Shown here: piece by piece, positions 7,173-16,846 of the stretch
Numbering within the stretch: the first letter of the stretch is position 1
Layout of the letters: each line of letters begins with the position of its first letter
Source of the DNA: Fibrobacteria bacterium
GTDB lineage: Bacteria; Fibrobacterota; Fibrobacteria; UBA11236
NCBI GenBank assembly: GCA_050486505.1
Contig: JBJHDK010000048.1
Span: 1 to 17,915, forward strand
Reading direction: 5' to 3'
DNA length: 17,915 nt
The notes under the pieces: model-generated
The model's input: the letters and a program-made list of their open reading frames with translations, nothing else
Databases searched by the model: none
What the model was told of the DNA's origin: nothing
Program-made: the position numbers and the translations under genes

Positions 7173-10100
7173 ATGTCCGCCCCTCTCTTCCGCCCCGTCT
7201 CCCCCGATGTTTCCTTCCCCGCGCTCGAGGAACGCATCCTCGAACTGTGGGAGCGGGACGACGCCTTCCGGAAGAGCATCGAGAACCGCCCCGCCGACAA
7301 GAACTTCGCCTTCTTCGACGGGCCGCCGTTCGCGACGGGCCTGCCGCACTACGGGCACCTTCTCGCCGGCACCATCAAGGACATCGTCCCGCGCTATTGG
7401 ACGATGAAGGGGTATCGCGTGGAGCGCCGCTTCGGTTGGGACTGCCACGGCCTGCCCATCGAAAACCTGATCCAGGACGCGCTGAAGCTGCACACGGTGA
7501 AGGACATCCGCGACTACGGCGTGGGCGTATTCAACGAGGCCTGCCGCAACGATGTGCTCAAGTACACGAAGGAGTGGCGGCGCACCGTCTCGCGGATGGG
7601 CCGCTGGGTCGATTTCGACAACGAGTACAAGACCATGGATCCCGACTTCATGGAGTCGGTGTGGTGGGTGTTCAAGCAGTGCTTCGACAAGGGCCTGATC
7701 TATCAGGGGTATCGCATCCAGCCCTACAGCCCGGCACTGGCGACCTCGCTCAGCAACTTCGAGGTGAACCAGGGCTACAAGATGCGGCAGGATCCCTCGA
7801 TCACGGTCGCGTTCCCGCTTGAGGGATCGGATGAATCCCTGCTCGTGTGGACGACCACGCCGTGGACGTTGCCGAGCAACCTCGCGATCGCCATCAAGGA
7901 AGACCTCGACTACTCCCTCGTGGAACATGCCGGGGGGAAGTATTGGGTCGCCGAGTCCCGGAGGGGCGCGTATTTCGGCGAAGGGGACCCCGTCCTGAAA
8001 ACCGTGAAGGGCGAGGAGCTCGTCGGCCGCCGCTACGCGCCGCTCTTCGGGTACGCGCCGAAGCTGAGCGAACGCCAGTACACGCTGCTGGCTGCCGACT
8101 TCGTCAGCGATTCCGACGGCACGGGTGCGGTGCACATCGCCCCGTCTTTCGGCGAGGAGGATGTCCTGCTCGGGCAGCGCGAGGGGCTGGGTCTGTGGGA
8201 TCCGCTTGATGCCGACGGCAAGTTCACCGACCTCGTGCCCGATTGGAAGGGCGTCGGCGCCAAGGAGGCGGACAAGGACATCGTCCGGCGCATCAAGGCC
8301 GACGGCCGCCTCTTCAGGCAGGAGACGCTGGAGCACAGCTACCCGCATTGCTGGCGCACCGACGTGCCCCTGCTCTACCGCGCGCAAAAGAACTGGTTCC
8401 TCGCGCTCGACAAGGAGATCACGTCTGCGGAGCCTGCCCCGGCGCAGGCCGGGGGGGTCACCAAAACGCTCAAGCAGTGGATGATCGACAGCAACCGGCA
8501 GATCAACTGGGTGCCGGGGCACATCCGCGACGGCCGCTTCGGGAAGTGGCTCGAGGGCGCGCGCGACTGGAACCTCTCGCGCAACCGCTTCTGGGGCACG
8601 TGCATTCCCGTGTGGATCGCCGATGACGGTGACATGCTCTGCATCGGCTCGCGCGCCGAACTCGAAGCCTTGACGAACCGGAAGGTGGACGACTTGCACA
8701 TGCACGTCGTCGATGCGCTGGAAGTGCGCACTTCCGACGGCAAGACCTTCGACCCGGACGGCAAGGTGTACCGGAGAACCCCCGAAGTGCTCGACTGCTG
8801 GTTCGAGTCGGGGGCGATGCCCTATGCGCAGAACCACTACCCTTTTGAAAACAAAAACAAGGTGGAGGGGGGGTTCCCTGCCGACTTCATCGCGGAGGGG
8901 CTCGACCAGACGCGCGGGTGGTTCTACACGCTGACGGTGCTCTCCGCCGCGCTGTTCCAGAAGCCCGCGATGCGGAACGTCATCGTCAACGGCATCATCC
9001 TCGCCGAAGACGGCCAGAAGATGAGCAAGCGCCTGCGCAACTATCCCGACCCGAACGCGTTGATCGAGCGGACGGGAGCGGATGCCATCCGCCTGTTCAT
9101 GATCGACTCCGCCGCGGTGAAGGGCGAGGAACTGAAGTTTTCGGAGACGGGAGTCAAGAACATCACCCGCGCGGTGCTGCTGCCGTTGTGGAACGCGGTG
9201 TCGTTGTTCACCACGTACGCCAACGCCGACGAGGCGAAGGGACAGCTGACCTGGCGGCCCGGGGACGACCGGACCTCGAACAACGAGCTGGACCGGTGGA
9301 TCGTGTCGGACCTGCAGGCCCTGTTGCGTCGCGTGCAGGAGGAGATGGAAGCTTATCGCCTCTATAATGTGGTGCCGGAACTCGTGGCTTTCATCGATGA
9401 CCTCACGAACTGGTATATCCGCCGCTCGCGCCGTCGCTTCTGGAAATCGGACGACGACGGTGACAAGAACGACGCGTACGCGACCCTGTACCGCGTGCTG
9501 GTGGATTTCTCCAAGGCGCTGGCCCCGTTCCTGCCGTTCCTCGCGGAGGAGGTTTATCAGATCCTGGTGCGGGAAGGGCGACCCGGCGGGTCGCCCGTAC
9601 ACCCGGTGTCGGTCCATCACACCGATTACCCGGTCTTCGATCCCGCCCTGTTCGACGAAGCCCTGAACGCCCGCATGGCGTTGGCGCGTCAGGCGGTGGA
9701 GATGGGGCGTACCCTGCGCGCCGAGCGCAACATCAAAAACCGCCAGCCGCTGCGTCGCTTGCGCGTAGTTGCACGCACGGAGGCTGCCGTCTCCGGGTTG
9801 CGCGCCCTCGAAGACCTGATCCGCGACGAGCTGAACGTGAAGGAGGTCGACATCTCCCTCGATGAGGCCGCCTTCGTGACCTATAAGGCGAAGCCGAACT
9901 TCAAGGCCCTGGGCGCGCGGCTCGGGAAAAACATGAAGGCCGTGGCGGGACGCTGCGCGGCACTGACGCACGCCGAAATCCAGTCGGTGTTGCAGGGCGC
10001 ACCCCTCGCCTTGGAGGAAGCCACGCTCACCGCCGAAGACCTGCTGATCATCCGGGAGACCGCCGCCGATCTGGCCGTGACCGCGTCGCAGGACCTGACC

Positions 10101-10415
10101 GTAGCGCTCGATACCGGCGTGGATGCGGAGCTTCGGGACGAAATGCTTGCCCGCGAAGCGGTGAGCCGCATCCAGAGCCTTCGCAAGGAGGCGGGGCTGG
10201 AGGTCGCCGACCGCATCGAGGTCGTGGTGACGGTGGCTTCGGAGCAATTAAGACACGCGCTGGAAACGCATCGGCGCTATATTAGCGCGGAAGTATTGGC
10301 GGATTCCCTGGACCTGGAAGACTCCGGGAAGGCCCCCGATCAGGACGGCGACACGGGATGCGATATGGACGTCGAGGGCGAAACCGCCCGGATCCTGATT
10401 CGCAAGCGAGCATGA
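7173..10415 (+). CDS. ileS: Isoleucine--tRNA ligase, type 2 (eukaryote/archaea-like)
   Basis: DGPPFATGLPHYGH, GWDCHGLP, WTTTPWTLP, GTGAVHIAP, DWNLSRNRFWG, EGLDQTRGWFY, KMSKR. Long C-terminus without a type-1 zinc finger. Start at ATG 7173. Confidence 0.98.
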   Translation: MSAPLFRPVSPDVSFPALEERILELWERDDAFRKSIENRPADKNFAFFDGPPFATGLPHYGHLLAGTIKDIVPRYWTMKGYRVERRFGWDCHGLPIENLIQDALKLHTVKDIRDYGVGVFNEACRNDVLKYTKEWRRTVSRMGRWVDFDNEYKTMDPDFMESVWWVFKQCFDKGLIYQGYRIQPYSPALATSLSNFEVNQGYKMRQDPSITVAFPLEGSDESLLVWTTTPWTLPSNLAIAIKEDLDYSLVEHAGGKYWVAESRRGAYFGEGDPVLKTVKGEELVGRRYAPLFGYAPKLSERQYTLLAADFVSDSDGTGAVHIAPSFGEEDVLLGQREGLGLWDPLDADGKFTDLVPDWKGVGAKEADKDIVRRIKADGRLFRQETLEHSYPHCWRTDVPLLYRAQKNWFLALDKEITSAEPAPAQAGGVTKTLKQWMIDSNRQINWVPGHIRDGRFGKWLEGARDWNLSRNRFWGTCIPVWIADDGDMLCIGSRAELEALTNRKVDDLHMHVVDALEVRTSDGKTFDPDGKVYRRTPEVLDCWFESGAMPYAQNHYPFENKNKVEGGFPADFIAEGLDQTRGWFYTLTVLSAALFQKPAMRNVIVNGIILAEDGQKMSKRLRNYPDPNALIERTGADAIRLFMIDSAAVKGEELKFSETGVKNITRAVLLPLWNAVSLFTTYANADEAKGQLTWRPGDDRTSNNELDRWIVSDLQALLRRVQEEMEAYRLYNVVPELVAFIDDLTNWYIRRSRRRFWKSDDDGDKNDAYATLYRVLVDFSKALAPFLPFLAEEVYQILVREGRPGGSPVHPVSVHHTDYPVFDPALFDEALNARMALARQAVEMGRTLRAERNIKNRQPLRRLRVVARTEAAVSGLRALEDLIRDELNVKEVDISLDEAAFVTYKAKPNFKALGARLGKNMKAVAGRCAALTHAEIQSVLQGAPLALEEATLTAEDLLIIRETAADLAVTASQDLTVALDTGVDAELRDEMLAREAVSRIQSLRKEAGLEVADRIEVVVTVASEQLRHALETHRRYISAEVLADSLDLEDSGKAPDQDGDTGCDMDVEGETARILIRKRA
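8437..8454. repeat. Short palindrome ccccggc-gcag-gccgggg in-frame within ileS (encodes PAPAQAG)
   Basis: Perfect 7-bp stem with a GCAG loop in an apparent insertion before the INWVP..IRDGRFG motif. Confidence 0.55.
9576..9601. repeat. REP-like palindrome in-frame within ileS (encodes GRPGGSPVH)
   Basis: gggcgaccc-ggc-gggtcgccc-gtaca. 25/26 identical to intergenic 16918-16943. Confidence 0.85.
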
Positions 10416-10470
10416 AGGCTGACACCGGCTCGCGCCACAACTTGGCGCGAACCCTTTGAAAGGACTGGTC

Positions 10471-11283
10471 ATGAAAAAGGCGACCACGAAGAAAACAGCG
10501 AAAAAGGCGGCCAAAAAAGCCGTTGCCAAGAAGGCTGCCCCGAAGAAAACCGTGAAGAAAGTCGCGAAGAAGGCCGCTCCGAAGAAGACTGCCGCGAAGA
10601 AAGTCACCAAGAAGGCTGCCCCGAAGAAGGCCGTGAAGAAAGCCGCGAAGAAGGCCGCTCCGAAGAAAGTGCTGAAAGCACGCCCCAAGCCAACCCGCGC
10701 CGCAGGCGCGGGTAAGAAAACCGCGAAGAAAACCCCCAAACTCCAGAAGGCGGTCGTCACCACCGTCCTTCCGCCGAAGCTCCCGAACGCCAAGGCGCGC
10801 GGAGGCCGGCTCCAGCCCGCCCAGGCGGCGGTCAAGGCGCCGAAACGCCCGCAGTCGAAGCATGTCAAGGGTGCCGCGCCCGAGTCGACGCGCAAGCGCC
10901 TCAGCAAGGCCGAACTCAAGTTTTTCGAGAACCTGCTGAACGAGAAGAAGGAAACGCTGATTCAGGAACTCGATTATATCGAAGACAACGCGATGCGCCT
11001 GAACTCGAAGGATGGCGCGGGCGATCTTTCGAGCCATGCCTACCACCTCGCGGATCATGCGACGGAAACCCAGGATCGCGAGCAGGCATTCCACCTCGCC
11101 AGCCGCGAGGGCCGTTTCCTGTACTACATCGAGGAAGCGCTCGACCGTGTGCGCGCCGGAACCTTCGGCATCTGCAAGAAGTGCGGGGTGCTCATTCCGC
11201 GCGCGCGCCTCGAGGCCGTGCCGACCGCGAAGATGTGCATCGAGTGCAAGTCGAAGCAGGAGCACCAGACCGAAGGGGAATGA
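10471..11283 (+). CDS. DksA/TraR family C4 zinc-finger protein with a histone H1-like Lys/Ala-rich N-terminal extension
   Basis: C-terminal HLADHATE tip and ALDRV..GTFGICKKC..IP.ARLEAVP.AKMCIEC. KKAAPKK repeats at the N-terminus. AAGGA RBS before ATG 10471. Confidence 0.92.
   Translation: MKKATTKKTAKKAAKKAVAKKAAPKKTVKKVAKKAAPKKTAAKKVTKKAAPKKAVKKAAKKAAPKKVLKARPKPTRAAGAGKKTAKKTPKLQKAVVTTVLPPKLPNAKARGGRLQPAQAAVKAPKRPQSKHVKGAAPESTRKRLSKAELKFFENLLNEKKETLIQELDYIEDNAMRLNSKDGAGDLSSHAYHLADHATETQDREQAFHLASREGRFLYYIEEALDRVRAGTFGICKKCGVLIPRARLEAVPTAKMCIECKSKQEHQTEGE
10526..10667 (+). repeat. Intragenic duplication with an 81-bp period in the Lys/Ala-rich region
   Basis: 10526-10586 and 10607-10667 match at 58/61 nt. 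Confidence 0.85.
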
Positions 11284-11291
11284 CAGAGAGC

Positions 11292-11319
11292 GATGAGTTA
11301 TGAGTTATGAGTGGTGAGT
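11292..11319 (+). repeat. Heptamer tandem array (TATGAGT family) downstream of the dksA-like stop
   Basis: gatgagt tatgagt tatgagt ggtgagt. 11299-11312 is the exact reverse complement of 2108-2121. Confidence 0.88.
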
Positions 11320-11335
11320 CGGGGATTATCCCGAC
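11318..11335. repeat. Short hairpin gtcggg-gattat-cccgac (REP-like or terminator-like)
   Basis: 6-bp perfect stem abutting the heptamer array, with no U-tract. Confidence 0.4.
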
Positions 11336-11422
11336 AGCGTCAAGGGTGCCTCTAGTGTCGCCGCGCCTTGCCGAATACCAGCAACCATCCAGCTGGTACT
11401 TACCCTTCGATGTTCATCCAAG

Positions 11423-12364
11423 ATGGATCTATTACTGATCGACATAGCGGCTCAATCTATCCATCTCGTCGTAGGTGGCATAGAGCATTTCGCAGGACTG
11501 CTGAATAACCGTGAAAAAGCCGCAGCTATTTGGTTTGCAGTAGCATTGGTTTTTTTCTCGAAATCCAGATCTTTTCGTAGATCCCTCTTTCACTTAGCGA
11601 AAGCATTCTTTACTATCGGGATATTGAAAATGGTTTTCCTGATGGTAGCGTATGGATGCGTATTGGTTTACTTTTTTTGGCGTGTTGGGCTATGGGATCC
11701 TCATCTAACAAGAGAAACCGTATACTGGTTTTTAACTGCATTTGCTCTTCTGATTAATGCACACAGAGCATCTGAAGAGAAGCTTTTCTTCAGAAAGATT
11801 ATCGCGCGCTTAGCAACAGTGGCTGTTGTGTTTGAATTTCTTGTAAAGTTCTACGTCTTCAGCCTACTTACAGAGCTCTTATTTATTCTGGTGGTCGCTT
11901 TTCTGAGTCTTCTGAGTATCGCCGCCGAAGGGATAAAATTCAATAAAATCAGGCTCTTTAGTGACACATTACTTGGAGCTTTTGCCATAACATTGATCCT
12001 AAACTCTTTATATAGAATTGTTGTTTCTTTCCAAGAGTTCTCAATTTTTGCTGCTTCACAAGAAATCTTGTTTCCCATTATTTTTACCCTCTTGTATCTG
12101 CCGTATATCTATTTGGTAGCTCTATATATGCTATATCAGACGACTTTTATCCGACTTAGTTTCACAACGCCTACTCGCAAATTACCACTAAGGGTGAAAA
12201 CGAGGGTTCTGTTTGCATGCGGAATAAATCTGCGAAAGCTAAAGCTTTTCTCAAAGAAAGTGCGTTTCCTTCGGGGATTCAATGAAGATGAAATGATAAA
12301 TGCGATCTCCATTTTTAAAAAACGTTTAATAGTTGTTCGCCCAATTCGAATGATTGCACGTTGA
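11423..12364 (+). CDS. Hypothetical polytopic membrane protein, low GC (likely horizontally acquired)
   Basis: Open 313-aa frame with about 7-8 hydrophobic segments and a basic C-terminal tail. Hand-counted 60-nt lines give 30-37% GC in the interior (50% near the 5' end) versus about 67% in cysA. Confidence 0.8.
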   Translation: MDLLLIDIAAQSIHLVVGGIEHFAGLLNNREKAAAIWFAVALVFFSKSRSFRRSLFHLAKAFFTIGILKMVFLMVAYGCVLVYFFWRVGLWDPHLTRETVYWFLTAFALLINAHRASEEKLFFRKIIARLATVAVVFEFLVKFYVFSLLTELLFILVVAFLSLLSIAAEGIKFNKIRLFSDTLLGAFAITLILNSLYRIVVSFQEFSIFAASQEILFPIIFTLLYLPYIYLVALYMLYQTTFIRLSFTTPTRKLPLRVKTRVLFACGINLRKLKLFSKKVRFLRGFNEDEMINAISIFKKRLIVVRPIRMIAR

Positions 12365-12415
12365 AGGTTGTTTTCATGCTCCTCACCCTGACCGCTGCCG
12401 GGGCGCTTGCCCCAA

Positions 12416-12443
12416 ACCTCTTACCTCCTACCTCTTACCTCCC
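12416..12443 (-). repeat. Heptamer tandem array (RRGAGGT on the minus strand) directly after the cysA stop
   Basis: Plus strand reads acctctt acctcct acctctt acctccc, then cta (the TAG stop). Confidence 0.85.
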
Positions 12444-13535
<1,092 letters not shown>

Positions 13536-13538
13536 GGG

Positions 13539-14444
13539 TCAGGCTCCTTCCCGGGACGCCTGCGCGTCGCCGACCTCGGCGCGTACGCCGCGCTCCAGGA
13601 TTTTCTTCACGACCAAGGTGATCACCGCGAGGAACGCCAGCAGCGAGGCCACGGCGAACGCACCGGTGAAGTCATATTCGTTGTAGAGGATTTCGACATG
13701 CAACGGCAGCGTGTTCGTTTCGCCGCGGATGTGCCCCGAAACGACCGAGACCGCACCGAACTCGCCCATGGCGCGGGCGTTGCACAGCACGATCCCGTAG
13801 AGCAGGCCCCACTTGATGTTGGGCAACGTGATGCGCCAGAACGTTTGCCAGCCATTCGCGCCCAGCGTGATCGAGGCTTCTTCCTCTTCGGTTCCCTGCG
13901 CCTGCATCACGGGAATGAGTTCCCGGGCCACGAAGGGAAAGGTCACGAACACCGTGGCCAGCACGATGCCGGGCACGGCGAACAGCACGCGGATGTCGCG
14001 CTCGAGGAAGTGTTCGCCGAGCCAGCTCTGGGCGCCGAAGAGCAGCACGAAGACAAGGCCCGCGATCACCGGCGACACGCTGAAGGGAAGGTCGATGAAG
14101 GTCGTGAGAATGTTCTTCCCCTTGAAGTCGAACTTGGCGATGCACCAGGCCGCCGCCACGCCGAAGACCACGTTCAGGGGGACCGCGATGGCGCAGGCCA
14201 GCAGGGTCAGCCTGATGGCCGCAACGGTGTCGGGGTCGGTGATGGCCGCGAAGTAGCCCGAGACGCCGCCGCGAAAGGCTTCGGTGAAGATCGCGGCGAG
14301 AGGCAGCAGCAGGATCGAGGCGAGCGACAGGATCGCGAGCCCGATCAACAGGCGGCGCACCCAGGGCGGTTCGCCCGTGGCATCCTTCAGGCGGGTGCCG
14401 GGTGTTTTCCGGTCGCGGACGTCGATGGAAGGAACGGCGGACAT
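13539..14444 (-). CDS. cysW: Sulfate ABC transporter permease
   Basis: IDLPFSVSPVIAG, FVTFPFVARELIP, EEEASITLGA, NARAMGEFGAVSVVSGHIRG, TLPLHVEILYNEY. Confidence 0.95.
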   Translation of the reverse strand: MSAVPSIDVRDRKTPGTRLKDATGEPPWVRRLLIGLAILSLASILLLPLAAIFTEAFRGGVSGYFAAITDPDTVAAIRLTLLACAIAVPLNVVFGVAAAWCIAKFDFKGKNILTTFIDLPFSVSPVIAGLVFVLLFGAQSWLGEHFLERDIRVLFAVPGIVLATVFVTFPFVARELIPVMQAQGTEEEEASITLGANGWQTFWRITLPNIKWGLLYGIVLCNARAMGEFGAVSVVSGHIRGETNTLPLHVEILYNEYDFTGAFAVASLLAFLAVITLVVKKILERGVRAEVGDAQASREGA

Positions 14445-14460
14445 GGTCGGAATCCCCTGC

Positions 14461-15288
14461 TTACAGCGAATAGCGGCGGCGCGTGCGCCACTGCACGTAG
14501 TTGATGAGGAAGAGCAGCAGGAAGGAGATCACAAGGGTCACCGCCGCGATCGCAGTGGCCTCGGCGTACTGGTACTGCTCCAGCTTGGTGATGATGAGCA
14601 GGGGAGTGATCTCCGTTTTCATGGGCATGTTGCCCGCGATGAACACGATGGATCCGTATTCCCCCAGCGCACGGGCGAACCCCAGCGCGAACCCCGTGAA
14701 CAAAGAAGGCGCGAGGACCGGAAGGATGACGCGGCGGAAGGTTTGCAGGCGGCTTGCTCCCAAAGTCGCCGAAGCCTCCTCGATCTCTTTCTCGAGATCC
14801 TCGAGCACCGGCTGCACTGTGCGCACGATGAAGGGGAGGCTGATGAAGATCATAGCGATGATGATGCCCAGTGGCGTGTAGGCCACCTTGATCCCGATCG
14901 CCTCCAGCGGGCGGCCGAGCCAGCCGTTGGCGGAGAACACGGCCGTCAGTGCGATGCCGGCCACGGCGGTGGGAAGGGCGAATGGGAGATCCACCAGCGC
15001 ATCGACGATGCTCTTGCCGCGGAACTCGTAGCGCGCGAGCACCCAGGCGATCAGCAGGCCGATGAAGACGTTGATCAGCGAGGCGATGAACGCGCCGCCG
15101 AAGGAGATGCGGAACGAGGCGAGCACGCGGGGGTCCGTGACCGTGGCCCAATACTCCGCCGGGGACAGCGACAGGCTCTTCAGGAACAGGGCCCCGAGCG
15201 GAACGAGCACGATCAACGACAGGTACAGGATCGTGTAGCCGAAGGTCAGCCCGAAGCCGGGCAGGATGCTGCGTTTCTTGAATGCCAT
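14461..15288 (-). CDS. cysT: Sulfate ABC transporter permease
   Basis: ILPGFGLTFG, VDLPFALPTAVAG, LPFIVRTVQPVL, FARALGEYGS, GNMPMKTEI. Start at ATG 15288, directly after the sbp stop. Confidence 0.95.
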   Translation of the reverse strand: MAFKKRSILPGFGLTFGYTILYLSLIVLVPLGALFLKSLSLSPAEYWATVTDPRVLASFRISFGGAFIASLINVFIGLLIAWVLARYEFRGKSIVDALVDLPFALPTAVAGIALTAVFSANGWLGRPLEAIGIKVAYTPLGIIIAMIFISLPFIVRTVQPVLEDLEKEIEEASATLGASRLQTFRRVILPVLAPSLFTGFALGFARALGEYGSIVFIAGNMPMKTEITPLLIITKLEQYQYAEATAIAAVTLVISFLLLFLINYVQWRTRRRYSL

Positions 15289-15289
15289 G

Positions 15290-16351
15290 TTATCGCGGTC
15301 CCGTGTAAATCCTGTCGAACTCCCCGCCGTCCGAGAAATGCACGCGCTGCGCCTCGGTCCATCCGCCGAAGGTTTCTTCGATTCCGAAGAGCTCGATCTC
15401 GGGGAAGTCGCCCGCGAATTCGGCGAGCGCCGATGCGGAGCGGGGACGGAAGTGGTGGCGCGCGCCGATGCGCTGCGCCTCCTCGGTGTAGAGGAACTCC
15501 AGGTAGGCGCGGGCAACGTCGAGGGTTCCCTTGCGTGCGGCGTTGCGGTCGACCACGGCGACGGGGGGCTCGGCGAGGATGCTGACGGAGGGGTACACGA
15601 TCTCGAACCCCTGCCCGCCGGAACCCAGCGCGCGCAGCGCGAGCATCGCCTCGTCTTCCCAGCTCAGCAACACGTCGCCGAGCCCGCGCTGCGCGAAGGT
15701 CGTGGTGGCCGCGCGCGCGCCCGCGTCGAGGACCGGCACGTTGCGGAACAGCGCGGTGACGAAGGCACGCGCGCTGTCTTCCGCGTGCGGGTCCCCGGCG
15801 TGCTTCTGCAGGGCGTACCCCCAGGCGGCGAGATAATTCCAGCGGGCGCCCCCCGAAATCTTCGGGTTGGGCGTGATCACCGAGACTCCCGGCCGTGCGA
15901 GGTCTTCCCAGTCATGGATGCCCTTGGGGTTGCCGGCGCGCACGAGAAAGACGATGGTCGAGGTGAAGGGCGCGCTGCGGTGGGGCAGGCGATCGGCCCA
16001 GTCGGCGGGCAGGAGGTCGCGCTGCGCGTGCAGGTTGTCGATGTCGTGCGCGAGGGCGAGCGTGACCACGTCGGCGGGCAACCCGTCGATGACGGAGCGC
16101 GCCTGCTTGCCGCTGCCGCCATGGCTTTGCTGGATGCGCAGGCGCTTGCCGGGGTTCTCCGCCTCCCAGTGCGGAATGAACACGGCGTTGATGTCGCGAT
16201 ACAGCTCTCGCGTCGGGTCGTAGGAGACGTTGAGCAGGCGGATGGTGCCGTTGTCGCTGCCGGACGAGCACAGGCGGAACAGTCCGACGACCGCCAGCAC
16301 GACGAGCAGGGGCACGAGGATGCGATTGCGGAGGGAGGCGCGTGCGTTCAT
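15290..16351 (-). CDS. sbp: Sulfate ABC transporter substrate-binding protein
   Basis: [32 protein letters not shown], [18 protein letters not shown]-terminal hydrophobic signal or anchor. Confidence 0.95.
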   Translation of the reverse strand: MNARASLRNRILVPLLVVLAVVGLFRLCSSGSDNGTIRLLNVSYDPTRELYRDINAVFIPHWEAENPGKRLRIQQSHGGSGKQARSVIDGLPADVVTLALAHDIDNLHAQRDLLPADWADRLPHRSAPFTSTIVFLVRAGNPKGIHDWEDLARPGVSVITPNPKISGGARWNYLAAWGYALQKHAGDPHAEDSARAFVTALFRNVPVLDAGARAATTTFAQRGLGDVLLSWEDEAMLALRALGSGGQGFEIVYPSVSILAEPPVAVVDRNAARKGTLDVARAYLEFLYTEEAQRIGARHHFRPRSASALAEFAGDFPEIELFGIEETFGGWTEAQRVHFSDGGEFDRIYTGPR

Positions 16352-16361
16352 CGTCGGCGCC

Positions 16362-16823
16362 CTAGATCACGTAATCCGAGACGCCGCGTCGCAGCGACTC
16401 CGCGGCCTTCACCTTGGCATCCACGTCGGCGAACGTGGTGTTGTCGAGAATCTCGGCCGTCCTGTCGCGCACGTCTTTCATCACCATCCTCAACCCGCAG
16501 GTTTCCTCGTCGCGGCACTCGTCGCAGCGGCGGTAGAACATTTGACTCACGCAAGGCAACAGCGCCAGCGGCCCCTCGAGCTTGCGCACCACCGCGCCGA
16601 AGGTGATCCCCTCCGGAGGGCGGGCGAGGAAGTACCCCCCGCCCTTGCCCTTGCGGCTGTCGAGGAAACCCTCTTTCTTCAGCTCCAGCAGGATCGCCTC
16701 CAGGAACTTGCGCGGAATGCCCTCCTGCTCCGCGATTTCGGCGATCAATACCGGCCCGCGGTCACGGACGCGGGAGAGGTATTGCATCGCCTGCAGGGCG
16801 TATTTCGTCTTCTTGGAAAGCAT
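16362..16823 (-). CDS. Rrf2 family transcriptional regulator
   Basis: [36 protein letters not shown]-terminal CX8CX2CX5C. Confidence 0.95.
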   Translation of the reverse strand: MLSKKTKYALQAMQYLSRVRDRGPVLIAEIAEQEGIPRKFLEAILLELKKEGFLDSRKGKGGGYFLARPPEGITFGAVVRKLEGPLALLPCVSQMFYRRCDECRDEETCGLRMVMKDVRDRTAEILDNTTFADVDAKVKAAESLRRGVSDYVI

Positions 16824-16846
16824 TAGTCTATCAATCCTATGGGATA
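16824..16846. promoter_or_regulatory. Putative Rrf2 operator (imperfect inverted repeat) overlapping the predicted transcription start
   Basis: TAGTCTAT-N7-ATGGGATA (5/8 arm symmetry), AT-rich, between the -10 and the ATG. Confidence 0.5.

Noticed and set aside
8736..8765. gacggcaag repeated at 21-nt spacing in ileS (DGKTFDPDGK)
   Set aside because: A 9-nt match is explained by a repeated tripeptide with preferred codons. It cannot be called a duplication without an alignment.
7119..10247. 1042-aa antisense ORF opposite ileS, and other long shadow ORFs (e.g. 5525-7300, 12789-14504, 15266-16606)
   Set aside because: These are typical of high-GC codon bias. They carry no recognisable motifs and overlap well-supported genes.
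7173..10415. Acquired mupirocin-resistance ileS2
   Set aside because: It has a canonical HYGH signature, host-like GC and a housekeeping context. It is most simply the native type-2 enzyme.
11320..12415. Integron cassette or IS boundaries around the low-GC gene
   Set aside because: No convincing attC (RYYYAAC...GTTRRRY) pairing, terminal inverted repeats, target duplication or integrase was seen.
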